A stretch of 50,581 nt of DNA from an uncultured Planctomycetaceae bacterium (lineage in GTDB: Bacteria; Planctomycetota; Planctomycetia; Planctomycetales; Planctomycetaceae), in NCBI GenBank assembly GCA_963976765.1, contig CAXBME010000043.1, forward strand, positions 1-50,581, read 5' to 3'. Below are positions 1-9,241 of the stretch, in pieces (the first letter of the stretch is position 1; each line of letters starts with the position of its first letter). The position numbers were made by a program, and so were the translations under genes. The notes under the pieces were generated by a model that was given only the letters and a program-made list of their open reading frames with translations, was not told the DNA's origin and ran no database searches.

Positions 1-41
1 TACCACTCACAAAACACTCGTCGGATAAATACAGCCCCGAC

Positions 42-3000
42 TTACCGGATGAGCCAGATGTTGATCCCGGCATCGCCGTTCGAAGTACCTGTGATCGACA
101 GGTCATTGCCTGCGGAGCTGATTTGCGTTCCTGTGATCGCGACGCGGACCCCATAACCTCCCGGAATACCGGCAGTCGACGTTCCGTCGACTGAAATGCT
201 GGCGGTGCCCGTTGAAGTCACCTTACCGTCAAACGAAATTTCAACACCATCACCACCAGACGAAGTTCCGGTGATGCTGATATCTCCATTCAACGAGGTC
301 ACCAATCCGTCACCAACAACGATAACACCGTTATCGGCTCCTGTGCCGATGACGCCGACAGTACCCGTACCGGTTGATGAGGCGATTGCTGATTGGGAAA
401 CAGTGACTCCAGAATTTGTTGTCGCGGTACCAGTGATCTGCAGGTTGCCGGTCGCCGACGTGACCAGTGTGCCGGCTCCAAGGATATAGACGCCGTCTCC
501 AGGACCCGGAGTCTCGCCGATGAGATTCACACTTCCAGAACCCGTTGACGTGACCGATCCACCGTTCAGCACTCGTACTCCATGATTGTTCGATCCTGTG
601 TCGCCACCTGTTCCTGTCAACGTGATTGAGCCTGAGGTCGATGTCACGCTGGCGGCGTCGACAGTAATGCCCTCGAAGTTTCCGGTTGTAAGTCCTCCAG
701 AATTGGCATCAATCGTGATGTTTCCGATGGTCGATGCGACGCTGGCTCCTGAGTTCAAGAGCACATTACGGCCAGCGTCGATTGTAGTCGCACCGGCTTG
801 ACTGCTGACTGATCCAGCCAGATCGACGGTGACGCCCCGCAGGGTGAGTGCTCCGCCGCCGGAGTTGATGGTACTTCCCGCATTGTTCTGAACGAGGTTG
901 CCAGTCGTGGCCGGCACGTCTCGGGCGTCAATCAGGATTGTACCGCCAGCAGTCGTGATGTCGGCGTTGGCTCCGTTCAGCGTGATCCCGCCGGTTGATA
1001 CCAGCGTGATCGTGCCGGCGTCGGCAACCGTGATTCCGGAGTTGATCGTGACATTGTCGCCCCGGATTTCGACAGATTTCCCTGACGCCAGATTGATGGC
1101 GCCGTTGATCGTGATCGAGTCTGTACCGGTTTCGCCGTTCAGCAGAAAACTGCCTGCAAATCCACTTTCGAGTTCCGTCACGGTGTAGGTGTCGTTGCCG
1201 TCGCCACCCAGCACGGACAGTGTTCCCGATGGCTGGCTGATTCGGGTGGCTACTCCGCCAGACGAGGTGATGTCGGTGGGGCCTTCCGCATTGTCGATGT
1301 CGATGCTGTCGTTGGCTGAGCTGTAGGTCAGCGTGACGTTTGCAACAGCAAGGCCAGTTGAGTCGAGTGTTTGCTGACTTCCTTCCAGCCCGGTGAACGT
1401 AATCAGTGAGTTGCCCGAAATACTGATTGTGCCATCGTTGGCATTGGCATAAGTAACCGACATGCTGCCGAAGGTGTTGCCGGTCAGCTTGAGACTGTCG
1501 CCGGACGAGTTGGCACCACCATTAAACGTAATCGCCTTATTGAACGCACCGGATGAGAAGTCGATTGTCAACATGTCGTCACCCGCCAATGTGTTGACAA
1601 TGATGTCGCTGCCGGTGATTTGTGACAGCGGAATCGTGACCGTGTTCGTGCCGCTGCCAGTCGCGCCGCTGATTGACGTGCTGATCACGTTGCTTGTATC
1701 GCTGATCGTGATGACCGTTCCGTTTGTCGAAATGGTCACGTCGTCATCGGAAGTTCCGCCATTGGCATCGGTGATAACCAGGTTGTTCGAACCATCGAGA
1801 GTCACTTCAGTCTCAAAGGACAACTGGTTGAAATAAAGCCGGTTGACATCGTTTTGATTGGCGACAAACGCGTCAGCGGTGCCATCACCATCGAAATCAC
1901 CCAGGCGAACTTCGTTGCTGAACGTGATCCCTGACCCCAGCGATTGTCCGGAATCGCTGAAAAGACCGCTGCCATTGTTGAGCCAGACTTTGTTGACTCC
2001 ATTGTTTGCCGCGAAGGCATCGAGATCGCCGTCTCCGTCCAGATCGGCCAGCCGAATACTCCGAGTACTCGAGTTGCCGAAACTGGCGCCTGGCAAAAAG
2101 TTTCCTTCGGCACCGGCTTGAGCCCCGCCCTGATTGATGTAGACCTCGTTGGCCCCGTAGCCACCGCTGTTGTGAACTGCGAAGACCAGATCGAGGTCGC
2201 CGTCGCCATCAATGTCACCGACGTCCGAACCGTAGCTCGTTGAGTAACTTCCCAGCGGACTGCCGGAATACGAGAACGAACCGGTTCCGTTGTTCAACCA
2301 GATCTGATTGGGAGCACTGCTGCGGGGGAAAACAATGTCGATGTCACCATCACCGTCGATGTCACCCAGCGAGAGTGAATTGGATGGGTTCAACACGGCC
2401 AGATTCTGCGTCTCGGTAAAAATTCCGTTGCCGTCATTCTTGAGGACTCGCGTCGAGAATCCCGTAACGGCGTCCAGGTCCCCGTCACCGTCGATATCCG
2501 CCAGTTTGATGGAGTAAGTCTCACCAATCATGATTGACTGGCCGCTGTCGGTGAACGTGCCGTTGTTGTTGAAGAAGATTTTTTGAGGGTCGCTGGAGCC
2601 TCTCTGGCCGACAAACAGGTCAAGATCGCCGTCGCCGTCCAGGTCAGCAAATTCTCCCGATTGAGAGAATTCACCATTAAGAGCAAACGCGGTCTGTCCG
2701 CTGTCGGTCAGATTGCCGGAACCGTCATTCAGGTACAGCTTGTTGTCGTAAGTGTTGTTCGCAACAAACACGTCAAGATCGCCGTCACCATCGATATCTC
2801 CGATGGCAACTCCCTGACCGCCGCTGCCGAGATTTTGTCCGCTGTCGACGAAAGTGGCATCGCCGCCGATCTGCGAAAGCGTGACTACGTGATCTTCGAC
2901 TTCGCCGTCCGCCGCAAATCCAGCGGGTGAGAGACCGCCAGATGTGCTGAGTCGGAAACGCGAAAACGTCGTGCCAGCGATCGTATTTTCTGCCGGCACG

Positions 3001-4712
3001 TCGAAAGTCAGAACATTGTTGCCGGACACGACGGCAACGCTGGAAAAGATTTGCTCCAGCGTACCGCCGAACGAACCATCTCCATTGAAGTCGATCCAGG
3101 CGTCAAGCAGTCCGCTGCCGCCCTGGACATTGACCGTGACTGAAGCATTCTGCTGCCCGACCTGGATCGATCCAAACGTGATGCCGTCCTCGTCGTCTGT
3201 ATTGACTGAATCGTCGCTGTCCGCAATCGGTGACGGCAGACCATCTTGCTCGGCGTCTCTGGTGGCACCAAGTGTAACTCCCGTTGCTGCGTGCCGTGGG
3301 CCATTCTGGGCACCCGTTGTTGGATACGGTCCCGGTGCGTCACCAAAGTCCAGTGGATTCGCGGCGTCCTCGAACGACCCGATATCCACGAATCCCTGCT
3401 GATTGCGAGGACCAAAACCGCGTTGGTCGGCGAACAGCCCGGCAGTGGACGCTGTGGTGTTGTTGCCGCCATTAATTGCAGGGCTGCCGGGTACCAAAGA
3501 GTGCGTAGCTGTCAGCCCACCGTTATTCACGAGTGCGGTATTCAAGACCGTGTTGATATCGATTGTGCCCGTGCCGCTGTTTCCGACAATGTTGAAATTA
3601 GCGCCGTGCGTGATGCCAGCGGATGAGCCCGAGTCTCCAATCAGGTTGTTGCGCGGGTTTGTCAATTGTGCGAACGCACCTGACAGATCATTCGGTGTCG
3701 ATGTTCCATCGACGAAGTTACCGGCAACGATTGAGTTCTGCAGAGTCAGCTGGTTGAAGTTGGCAAAGATCACTCCACCGCCATCGGCGGTGTCGGTGTT
3801 ATCGCTGTCGGCGATGTTGCCCGTGATCGTGCTGTTGATAATGGACGAAGTGCCAAAGATGTCGACACCGCCGCCGATTCCCTGGCTGGAGTTCCCTGAC
3901 ACCGTGCTGTTGATCAGGTTGACCTCTCCGCCAGCTCGAATACCGCCGCCACGGTTCGTCGCTGTGTTGTTGGAGATCGTACTGTTGGTGATCGTCGTCG
4001 TGCCTTCGGACAGGTCGAGCCCACCGCCAATGGCGCTCGCGTTGTTCGCAATTGTGCTGTTGTCGATCGTCAGTGTTGCGGCACTATTCCGCATGTAAAT
4101 GCCGCCGCCGGTGACGTTTCCGCTGACCACCAGCCGATTCAACGTGGCCGTATTTTCGATCCGAAGGCCGCCACCTTCGGTCTGGTCACCGCCTGTGACT
4201 GTCAGATCGGCGATCGAAACATTGTCTGCCAGGATGTGAAACACTCGATCAAGGCCGCCACCGTTGATTGTTGAGTTTCCAGAACCTGCGCCCGTAATCG
4301 CCAGTTCGTCGGTGATATCAAGGTCACCCGTCGCTCCGGCATCTTCGCTGGCGCCAGAGAGGGACAACGTGTACGTGCCAGCGGGAATGCTGATCGAGTC
4401 AGCACCGGGGGTGTTGTTCGCAGCGACGACGGCTTCACGCAAACTGACGAATCCGTCTGCGCCTGGTGTTGCCAGCAGGTTGCCAATGCTCGACGTGTCG
4501 CCGTCCAGCACGTCAGCAGCCGTCGTGACGGTCACAGCCGAAAGCAGCACGCGTTCTTCGAGCAGTTCGATCTGCTGGGGCGTCAGACGCGAAGGGCGTT
4601 TGCTGCGACTGGACGTTGAGCCAAGTCCAGAACGGGAGCCGGGAAGCTGCTGCTTTCGTCGTCGCTGGCGGATGCGATGTCGGAAAGCGTTCAACCAATT
4701 GAGGAGAATCAT
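42..4712 (-). CDS. Large secreted adhesin-like protein: planctomycete LExRxLL leader, CSLREA-like motif, beta-helix, GEVED domain, 7 FG-GAP/VCBS repeats, Gly/Thr/Ser-rich beta-solenoid; probably 3'-truncated
   Basis: IELLEERVLLS leader; VSLREAV motif; GGG-rich parallel beta-helix repeats; DQRG...VDIGSFE choice-of-anchor-like motif; DFGDAP...AWIDFNGDGSF...GEVED; seven DxDGDGxxD repeats; the ORF ends mid-repeat near the window edge. Confidence 0.85.
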   Translation of the reverse strand: MILLNWLNAFRHRIRQRRRKQQLPGSRSGLGSTSSRSKRPSRLTPQQIELLEERVLLSAVTVTTAADVLDGDTSSIGNLLATPGADGFVSLREAVVAANNTPGADSISIPAGTYTLSLSGASEDAGATGDLDITDELAITGAGSGNSTINGGGLDRVFHILADNVSIADLTVTGGDQTEGGGLRIENTATLNRLVVSGNVTGGGIYMRNSAATLTIDNSTIANNASAIGGGLDLSEGTTTITNSTISNNTATNRGGGIRAGGEVNLINSTVSGNSSQGIGGGVDIFGTSSIINSTITGNIADSDNTDTADGGGVIFANFNQLTLQNSIVAGNFVDGTSTPNDLSGAFAQLTNPRNNLIGDSGSSAGITHGANFNIVGNSGTGTIDINTVLNTALVNNGGLTATHSLVPGSPAINGGNNTTASTAGLFADQRGFGPRNQQGFVDIGSFEDAANPLDFGDAPGPYPTTGAQNGPRHAATGVTLGATRDAEQDGLPSPIADSDDSVNTDDEDGITFGSIQVGQQNASVTVNVQGGSGLLDAWIDFNGDGSFGGTLEQIFSSVAVVSGNNVLTFDVPAENTIAGTTFSRFRLSTSGGLSPAGFAADGEVEDHVVTLSQIGGDATFVDSGQNLGSGGQGVAIGDIDGDGDLDVFVANNTYDNKLYLNDGSGNLTDSGQTAFALNGEFSQSGEFADLDGDGDLDLFVGQRGSSDPQKIFFNNNGTFTDSGQSIMIGETYSIKLADIDGDGDLDAVTGFSTRVLKNDGNGIFTETQNLAVLNPSNSLSLGDIDGDGDIDIVFPRSSAPNQIWLNNGTGSFSYSGSPLGSYSTSYGSDVGDIDGDGDLDLVFAVHNSGGYGANEVYINQGGAQAGAEGNFLPGASFGNSSTRSIRLADLDGDGDLDAFAANNGVNKVWLNNGSGLFSDSGQSLGSGITFSNEVRLGDFDGDGTADAFVANQNDVNRLYFNQLSFETEVTLDGSNNLVITDANGGTSDDDVTISTNGTVITISDTSNVISTSISGATGSGTNTVTIPLSQITGSDIIVNTLAGDDMLTIDFSSGAFNKAITFNGGANSSGDSLKLTGNTFGSMSVTYANANDGTISISGNSLITFTGLEGSQQTLDSTGLAVANVTLTYSSANDSIDIDNAEGPTDITSSGGVATRISQPSGTLSVLGGDGNDTYTVTELESGFAGSFLLNGETGTDSITINGAINLASGKSVEIRGDNVTINSGITVADAGTITLVSTGGITLNGANADITTAGGTILIDARDVPATTGNLVQNNAGSTINSGGGALTLRGVTVDLAGSVSSQAGATTIDAGRNVLLNSGASVASTIGNITIDANSGGLTTGNFEGITVDAASVTSTSGSITLTGTGGDTGSNNHGVRVLNGGSVTSTGSGSVNLIGETPGPGDGVYILGAGTLVTSATGNLQITGTATTNSGVTVSQSAIASSTGTGTVGVIGTGADNGVIVVGDGLVTSLNGDISITGTSSGGDGVEISFDGKVTSTGTASISVDGTSTAGIPGGYGVRVAITGTQISSAGNDLSITGTSNGDAGINIWLIR
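1830..2830 (-). repeat. Seven FG-GAP/VCBS repeats (probable 7-bladed Ca-binding beta-propeller) within the adhesin
   Basis: Seven copies of (G/A)D(I/L/F)DGDG(D/T)xD spaced about 45 aa apart in the translation; boundaries are approximate. Confidence 0.8.
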
Positions 4713-5347
4713 GCGGACTCTGGTCCTGTCTTCATCGATGGTCGTAAAAAGTTGAAGTCATCAGGCTCTGTGGCGGCAGAACGAAATGACTTCACGCACA
4801 TACTTCAGAACTGGCCCGAACAAGGTTGTCTCGCGAGGCAAGTCACTCATCTCACTCGAAATTCGGTGCATCTCTCTGAAGAGATCGTCCTGCGACGAGA
4901 TTGACTTTTCGTGAGTTGAGGGGCTTCACGTAACATTCAGGATTGAGGAAAGGAATGACGATTTTGAGGGATTTGTTGCTCACCGAATAGGTCAATGTGT
5001 CACATCGGTGTGATTTCCTGCTCAGACCTGACGAACGTTTTTCGGTCCTGGGATTGCGAACTTCGCAACTTTCAGAGTGCGTGAGGAGCCGTTATAAACA
5101 GCACGCACCACGCTGGTGGCTCGACCGTAACCCAACTAAACAGTTTGTTTTTCAGTTGGCCCGGGAGCAAAACTACGATTCGTGAAAGGCAACTCGCTGA
5201 AGCATCTATTCCGGTTAGTTTACCAGGACTGGACGTTCTGGTTAATCATCAGGGAAGGATATTTGTTGACATGTCTGGATTAACGCACCGCTTGAACAAT
5301 GGAATCGGTCGGCAGGATCGCCGGTCGCTGGCAGGGAGATATAGGGA

Positions 5348-7177
5348 ATGCCCCAGCTCGTCGCGAAAGGGCTGACAGAAGACGGTGAATTTGAACAGGA
5401 GCTGACTTCCGGGCAGGTTGTGCGGATCGGAAGAAAGCCAGCAAGCGGCTGGGCGGTTAGCTGGGACAAGCAGATTTCACGGGAGCATGCGGATGTCGAA
5501 TGGGACGGTACGGCTCTCAAGGTGACCTGTCTGGAAGCAGCTCGGAACCCCATTGTCGTTGGGAATGCTCCCGTTCGGTCGGCAGTAATCGCTCCGGGGG
5601 CGAAGTTTGTCATCGGGCAAACCGAGTTTAATTTTGTCGGCGACGCGGTCGCGGATGTGCCGGAAGCCGTTGTTCCGCAAGCTCATGCCGACGTTGACGA
5701 GCATGCTTTCAAACGGGACGACCTCAAGAAGTTTGAGTTCCGTGACGCTGGTCAGCAGATGGAATTATTGTCGCAGTTGCCGGCAATTCTGGACGAATCA
5801 CGCACCGATGCCGACTTTGCCGCCAGGCTCGTCGAGCTTCTGATGGAAGGAATTCCGGCGTCCGATGCTGTTGCCGTTGTGCAATATGACATTCCGGACG
5901 TGCCAGATGGCGATGAAGGCGCCACGACTGTTGCTGCCTTTGCAGTTTTGCCCGAGAAACCGTCGATGATGCGGGTCGCCACCCGCGACGCGTACGAAGG
6001 TCGGTTCCGTCCGAGCCGCCGGCTAGTTCTGTCAGCACTGATGCGAGAAGAAAGCATTGTTCATCTCTGGAACGAAGAACCCGAAGTAGAAGGCGACGAT
6101 GGCCCACAGTTCACGGTCAGCGACGACCTTGACTGGGCGTTCTGCACGCCGATTCTTTCAGATTCGACTCGCGGCTGGGTTCTGTACGTTTCGGGAATCA
6201 CCGAAGGTGACATCGAAGAAAGCGATCTCGGGGGGGACCTGCGATTTGCCGAACTGATGGCACAGTTCATCGCGTCCGTGCGTCATGTGCGGACCCTGCA
6301 GGAAACGCAGACGCAGCTCAGTTCGTTCTTTTCGCCGAAAGTTATCGAGAGTCTGACTGGCGAGGATGCCCACCTCGCTCTGGTTCCTCAGGAACGCGAC
6401 ATCTCCGTGTTGTTCTGCGATGTGCGAGGGTTCTCGAAGAAATCAGAGCAGTTCAAGGACGACCTGCATATGCTGCTGGCGTGTGTGAGAGAAGCACTCT
6501 CCGTCATGGCCAACGGAATTCTGGACGCCGATGGGACGATCGCCGACTTTCAGGGTGACGCGGCGCTTGGATTCTGGGGCTGGCCGGTTGCTTTGGAAGA
6601 AGGGCCGGTTCCGGCGTGTCGAGCTGCTTTGGGAATTCAGCGAGTCTTCATCGGCGACGACGATCGCGGCGGACTTCTCGACGGATTTTCTGTGGGACTC
6701 GGAGTCGCTCACGGCAACGCCATCGCCGGTCATATCGGAACTCCCAAGCAGGCGAAGGTTGGCGTCTTCGGACCGGTCGTTAACCAGGGAGCGCGTCTGG
6801 AAACGATGACCAGGCAGTACGGCGTCAGTATCTGCATTGATGAACAAGCTGCTGAGTACTGCAAGAAGTTCCTGAAACCGGAAGAGGGCCGCCTTCGAAA
6901 GCTGGCGCACGTTCGACCGAAAGGAATGGATTCAGTCGTCGTGGTCACCGAACTCGTTCAACCGCTGGGAATTCCTGGGACGCCAACCAACGAGCATATC
7001 GCCGGATTCGAAGCTGCCGTTGAGGCGGTTATCTCCGGACAGTGGGCATCAGCGATCGAGCAGTTGAACGCGCTACCGGACGACGGAGCGAAAGAGTTCC
7101 TCATCAACCACATGGCCGAGTTCAACAACCTGCCGCCTGCCAGCTGGGATGGGGCTTTCAGTCTGGACAAGAAGTAA
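5348..7177 (+). CDS. FHA domain + GAF-like region + class III nucleotidyl (adenylate/guanylate) cyclase
   Basis: N-terminal IGR...ISREHA...N FHA motif; LFCDVRGFS, DFQGDA and GPVVNQGARLE cyclase motifs; GGAG/AGGG upstream. Confidence 0.9.
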   Translation: MPQLVAKGLTEDGEFEQELTSGQVVRIGRKPASGWAVSWDKQISREHADVEWDGTALKVTCLEAARNPIVVGNAPVRSAVIAPGAKFVIGQTEFNFVGDAVADVPEAVVPQAHADVDEHAFKRDDLKKFEFRDAGQQMELLSQLPAILDESRTDADFAARLVELLMEGIPASDAVAVVQYDIPDVPDGDEGATTVAAFAVLPEKPSMMRVATRDAYEGRFRPSRRLVLSALMREESIVHLWNEEPEVEGDDGPQFTVSDDLDWAFCTPILSDSTRGWVLYVSGITEGDIEESDLGGDLRFAELMAQFIASVRHVRTLQETQTQLSSFFSPKVIESLTGEDAHLALVPQERDISVLFCDVRGFSKKSEQFKDDLHMLLACVREALSVMANGILDADGTIADFQGDAALGFWGWPVALEEGPVPACRAALGIQRVFIGDDDRGGLLDGFSVGLGVAHGNAIAGHIGTPKQAKVGVFGPVVNQGARLETMTRQYGVSICIDEQAAEYCKKFLKPEEGRLRKLAHVRPKGMDSVVVVTELVQPLGIPGTPTNEHIAGFEAAVEAVISGQWASAIEQLNALPDDGAKEFLINHMAEFNNLPPASWDGAFSLDKK

Positions 7178-7185
7178 GGAACGCG

Positions 7186-7337
7186 CCGAGATTAACTTCC
7201 CGAAAGCCGATTCAAAGCGCGTCGTCGCAGGTGGAACAAGCTCCGCGCAGTTCCGGCAGCATGACGATGCTGAAATGCCGGAACTCGTTCTGGCCTGCTG
7301 TTCGAAATCGGGAGGTTATCTCGGGAAAGTTCCCGAG
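7186..7337. repeat. Nested imperfect inverted repeats (REPIN-like) between convergent genes
   Basis: CCGAGATTAACTTCCCGA (7186-7203) pairs with TCGGGAGGTTATCTCGG (7308-7324); inner perfect pair AGTTCCGGCA (7249-7258)/TGCCGGAACT (7276-7285); small hairpin CTCGGGAA-AG-TTCCCGAG (7320-7337). Confidence 0.6.
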
Positions 7338-7377
7338 CGTCTCGTCAGATAAGCCACCAAAGAACACTCACGCTTTG

Positions 7378-8157
7378 CTACCTGATCGGTCCCCAGATCT
7401 TCTCGAGCTGCTCGTACATTCTCGGGTCGTGCTCTTTCAGTTCGGCTCGGACGAAAGGGTAAAAGTCGTTGACTCCGAAGTAAGCTTCGGTCGACTCGGC
7501 GAAATACTCCATCTGATTATTCAGTCCGTAGTGCCTGACTTTCTGACCGGTGTAAAGCAGAACCTCTTCGTAGATGCCGGCTTCTTTGGCGGCGTTGAAG
7601 GTCGCCAGAACTTCCGCATTGTTGAAGTCCAGAATCTGATCGTGGTAGGCGTGCGCCAGTTCGTGCAGCACGACGTACGGATGCTTGGCCCACATGTGAC
7701 GATCGGTCAGATGCTTCGCTCTCGGGATGTGGACGTGCTTGACCAGTCGCGGATCGTGGCCGTTGTCGACGAGCCAGCCTTTGCCGGGGTGATACTGCAT
7801 GTTGCCCAGAACCGGGTTGTCCAGCTCCAGCCAGATTCGCATCTGTCGGAGTTGAGCCAGCTGTTTTTCCGGGACGATGTAAGTGATCCGTTGCAGGTGA
7901 TTGGCGAGTGCCTTCATCGCTTTCTCGCCGAGTTCTCGATTCTCCTCATTGAGCAGCAGCGGATCGACGTCGATCTTCCAGCCTTCGATTTCACGCTCAA
8001 CGGGATCGTAAAAGCTGGTCGCTTCTTTCAGGGGCGTTTCGGATTTCTTGTCTTCAGCGAGTATCTGACCGGTGGACGCTGCCAGAAGCGGGATCAGAAA
8101 AAGGATCGCTGCTTTGCTTCTATCATGTCGAGTCGTCGAAGTTCTGGACGGGTTCAT
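7378..8157 (-). CDS. Secreted zinc metallopeptidase-like protein (HExxH; MtfA/anthrax-LF-like fold)
   Basis: Signal-peptide-like N-terminus; LHELAHAYH followed by EYFAESTEAYF...ELKEHDP. Start uncertain (8157 or 8181). Confidence 0.8.
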   Translation of the reverse strand: MNPSRTSTTRHDRSKAAILFLIPLLAASTGQILAEDKKSETPLKEATSFYDPVEREIEGWKIDVDPLLLNEENRELGEKAMKALANHLQRITYIVPEKQLAQLRQMRIWLELDNPVLGNMQYHPGKGWLVDNGHDPRLVKHVHIPRAKHLTDRHMWAKHPYVVLHELAHAYHDQILDFNNAEVLATFNAAKEAGIYEEVLLYTGQKVRHYGLNNQMEYFAESTEAYFGVNDFYPFVRAELKEHDPRMYEQLEKIWGPIR

Positions 8158-8327
8158 TCGCGATTCCGATCGTTTGTTCAAGAGATGAATTCAGGCATGA
8201 GGCGTTGATGGCTTGTGAAGATGCCGCTGAGTCTGGATAAGGGTGATTCTTTGTCTGCGAGAATCATGGTCGAAAAGGATCGCCGCTCGCAACGACCTGT
8301 GAACACGAGCGACCGCCGGGAGAATTC

Positions 8328-9224
8328 ATGTTCGATTCATCGAGTGACCCGATTGTCAATATTCCGCTGACGATTCCGTTTGATGAGTCTGACCAGCTCG
8401 ACCATGACGCATTGAATCGGAACGTCGAGCGTTGGATGAAGACGCCCGCGACAGGATTTCTTGTCGGGTCGCAGACGGGCGAGGAATGGTTTCTCAGCGA
8501 AGCCGAAAAGCTCGATGCGGCACGCACGGTCGGTCAGACGCTGGGTGAGAAGCAGGTTCTGCTCGGAGGCATCGACTGCCCGTCCGTCACGGAGACGCTT
8601 CGGCGAGCGGAAGCGTTTGCGAATGTCGGGGCCGAGATGGTCCGCATTCGATTTCCTCGCGGCGAGTCAACGATCGAGCCTTATTTCAAGCAGGTGCTGG
8701 CGAGATGTCCGGTGCCGGTTCTGCTGATGCACCAGCCAGAGCCGGTAAGTTTCGGACTGGCCGGTCGCCCGGCAGCCAGCCCGGAAGTGCTCGCCGCAAT
8801 TACCAATATGGACAACGTCTTCGGCTACGTCACCGACCACGATCTTCGATTCGAAGTACGAGTTCGCGATCTCGTCGCGCCGGAGAAACGATTCTGGATC
8901 TGCAACGGAAGCATCATTCTTCAGGGAACGCTGATCGGTTGTAACGGGACGACGACGGCCTTCTCCAATATCTGGCCGGAAGGATTGCACACGCTGCTGA
9001 AGCTGGGGATGGAAGGACGCTATGAGGAAGCTCAACCGTTGCAGCAACACATCCGAAGAATCGACGCAATCATGCTCCCGTGGTTGGCCGCTGGCGTGAA
9101 GGCGTCGCTCAAACTGCTCGGTTTCGAAGGCATGGTCCCTCGAAATCCCGTTGCGCCAATGCCGGCAGGCGAGGTAGCAAAACTGGAAGTCGCCATGCGC
9201 GACGCGGGCCTGCTCATCGTCTGA
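8328..9224 (+). CDS. Dihydrodipicolinate synthase (DapA/NanA) fold protein with atypical active site
   Basis: TIPFD...GSQTGE...LSEAEK N-terminal DHDPS signature and GVKASL...PRNPVAP C-terminus; GGAG RBS; canonical Lys and Tyr positions are substituted. Confidence 0.85.
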   Translation: MFDSSSDPIVNIPLTIPFDESDQLDHDALNRNVERWMKTPATGFLVGSQTGEEWFLSEAEKLDAARTVGQTLGEKQVLLGGIDCPSVTETLRRAEAFANVGAEMVRIRFPRGESTIEPYFKQVLARCPVPVLLMHQPEPVSFGLAGRPAASPEVLAAITNMDNVFGYVTDHDLRFEVRVRDLVAPEKRFWICNGSIILQGTLIGCNGTTTAFSNIWPEGLHTLLKLGMEGRYEEAQPLQQHIRRIDAIMLPWLAAGVKASLKLLGFEGMVPRNPVAPMPAGEVAKLEVAMRDAGLLIV

Positions 9225-9241
9225 CCGGAAATTTCGCGGCG

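Noticed and set aside
4713..5347. Possible riboswitch or ncRNA in the 635-bp divergent intergenic region (dyads TGAAGTCAT/ATGACTTCA and TCACATCGGTGTGA)
   Set aside because: No match to a riboswitch consensus I can recognise; the dyads are short, and cmscan would be needed.
7042..8208. 388-aa plus-strand ORF
   Set aside because: Antisense to the HExxH peptidase and overlapping the cyclase end; a shadow ORF.
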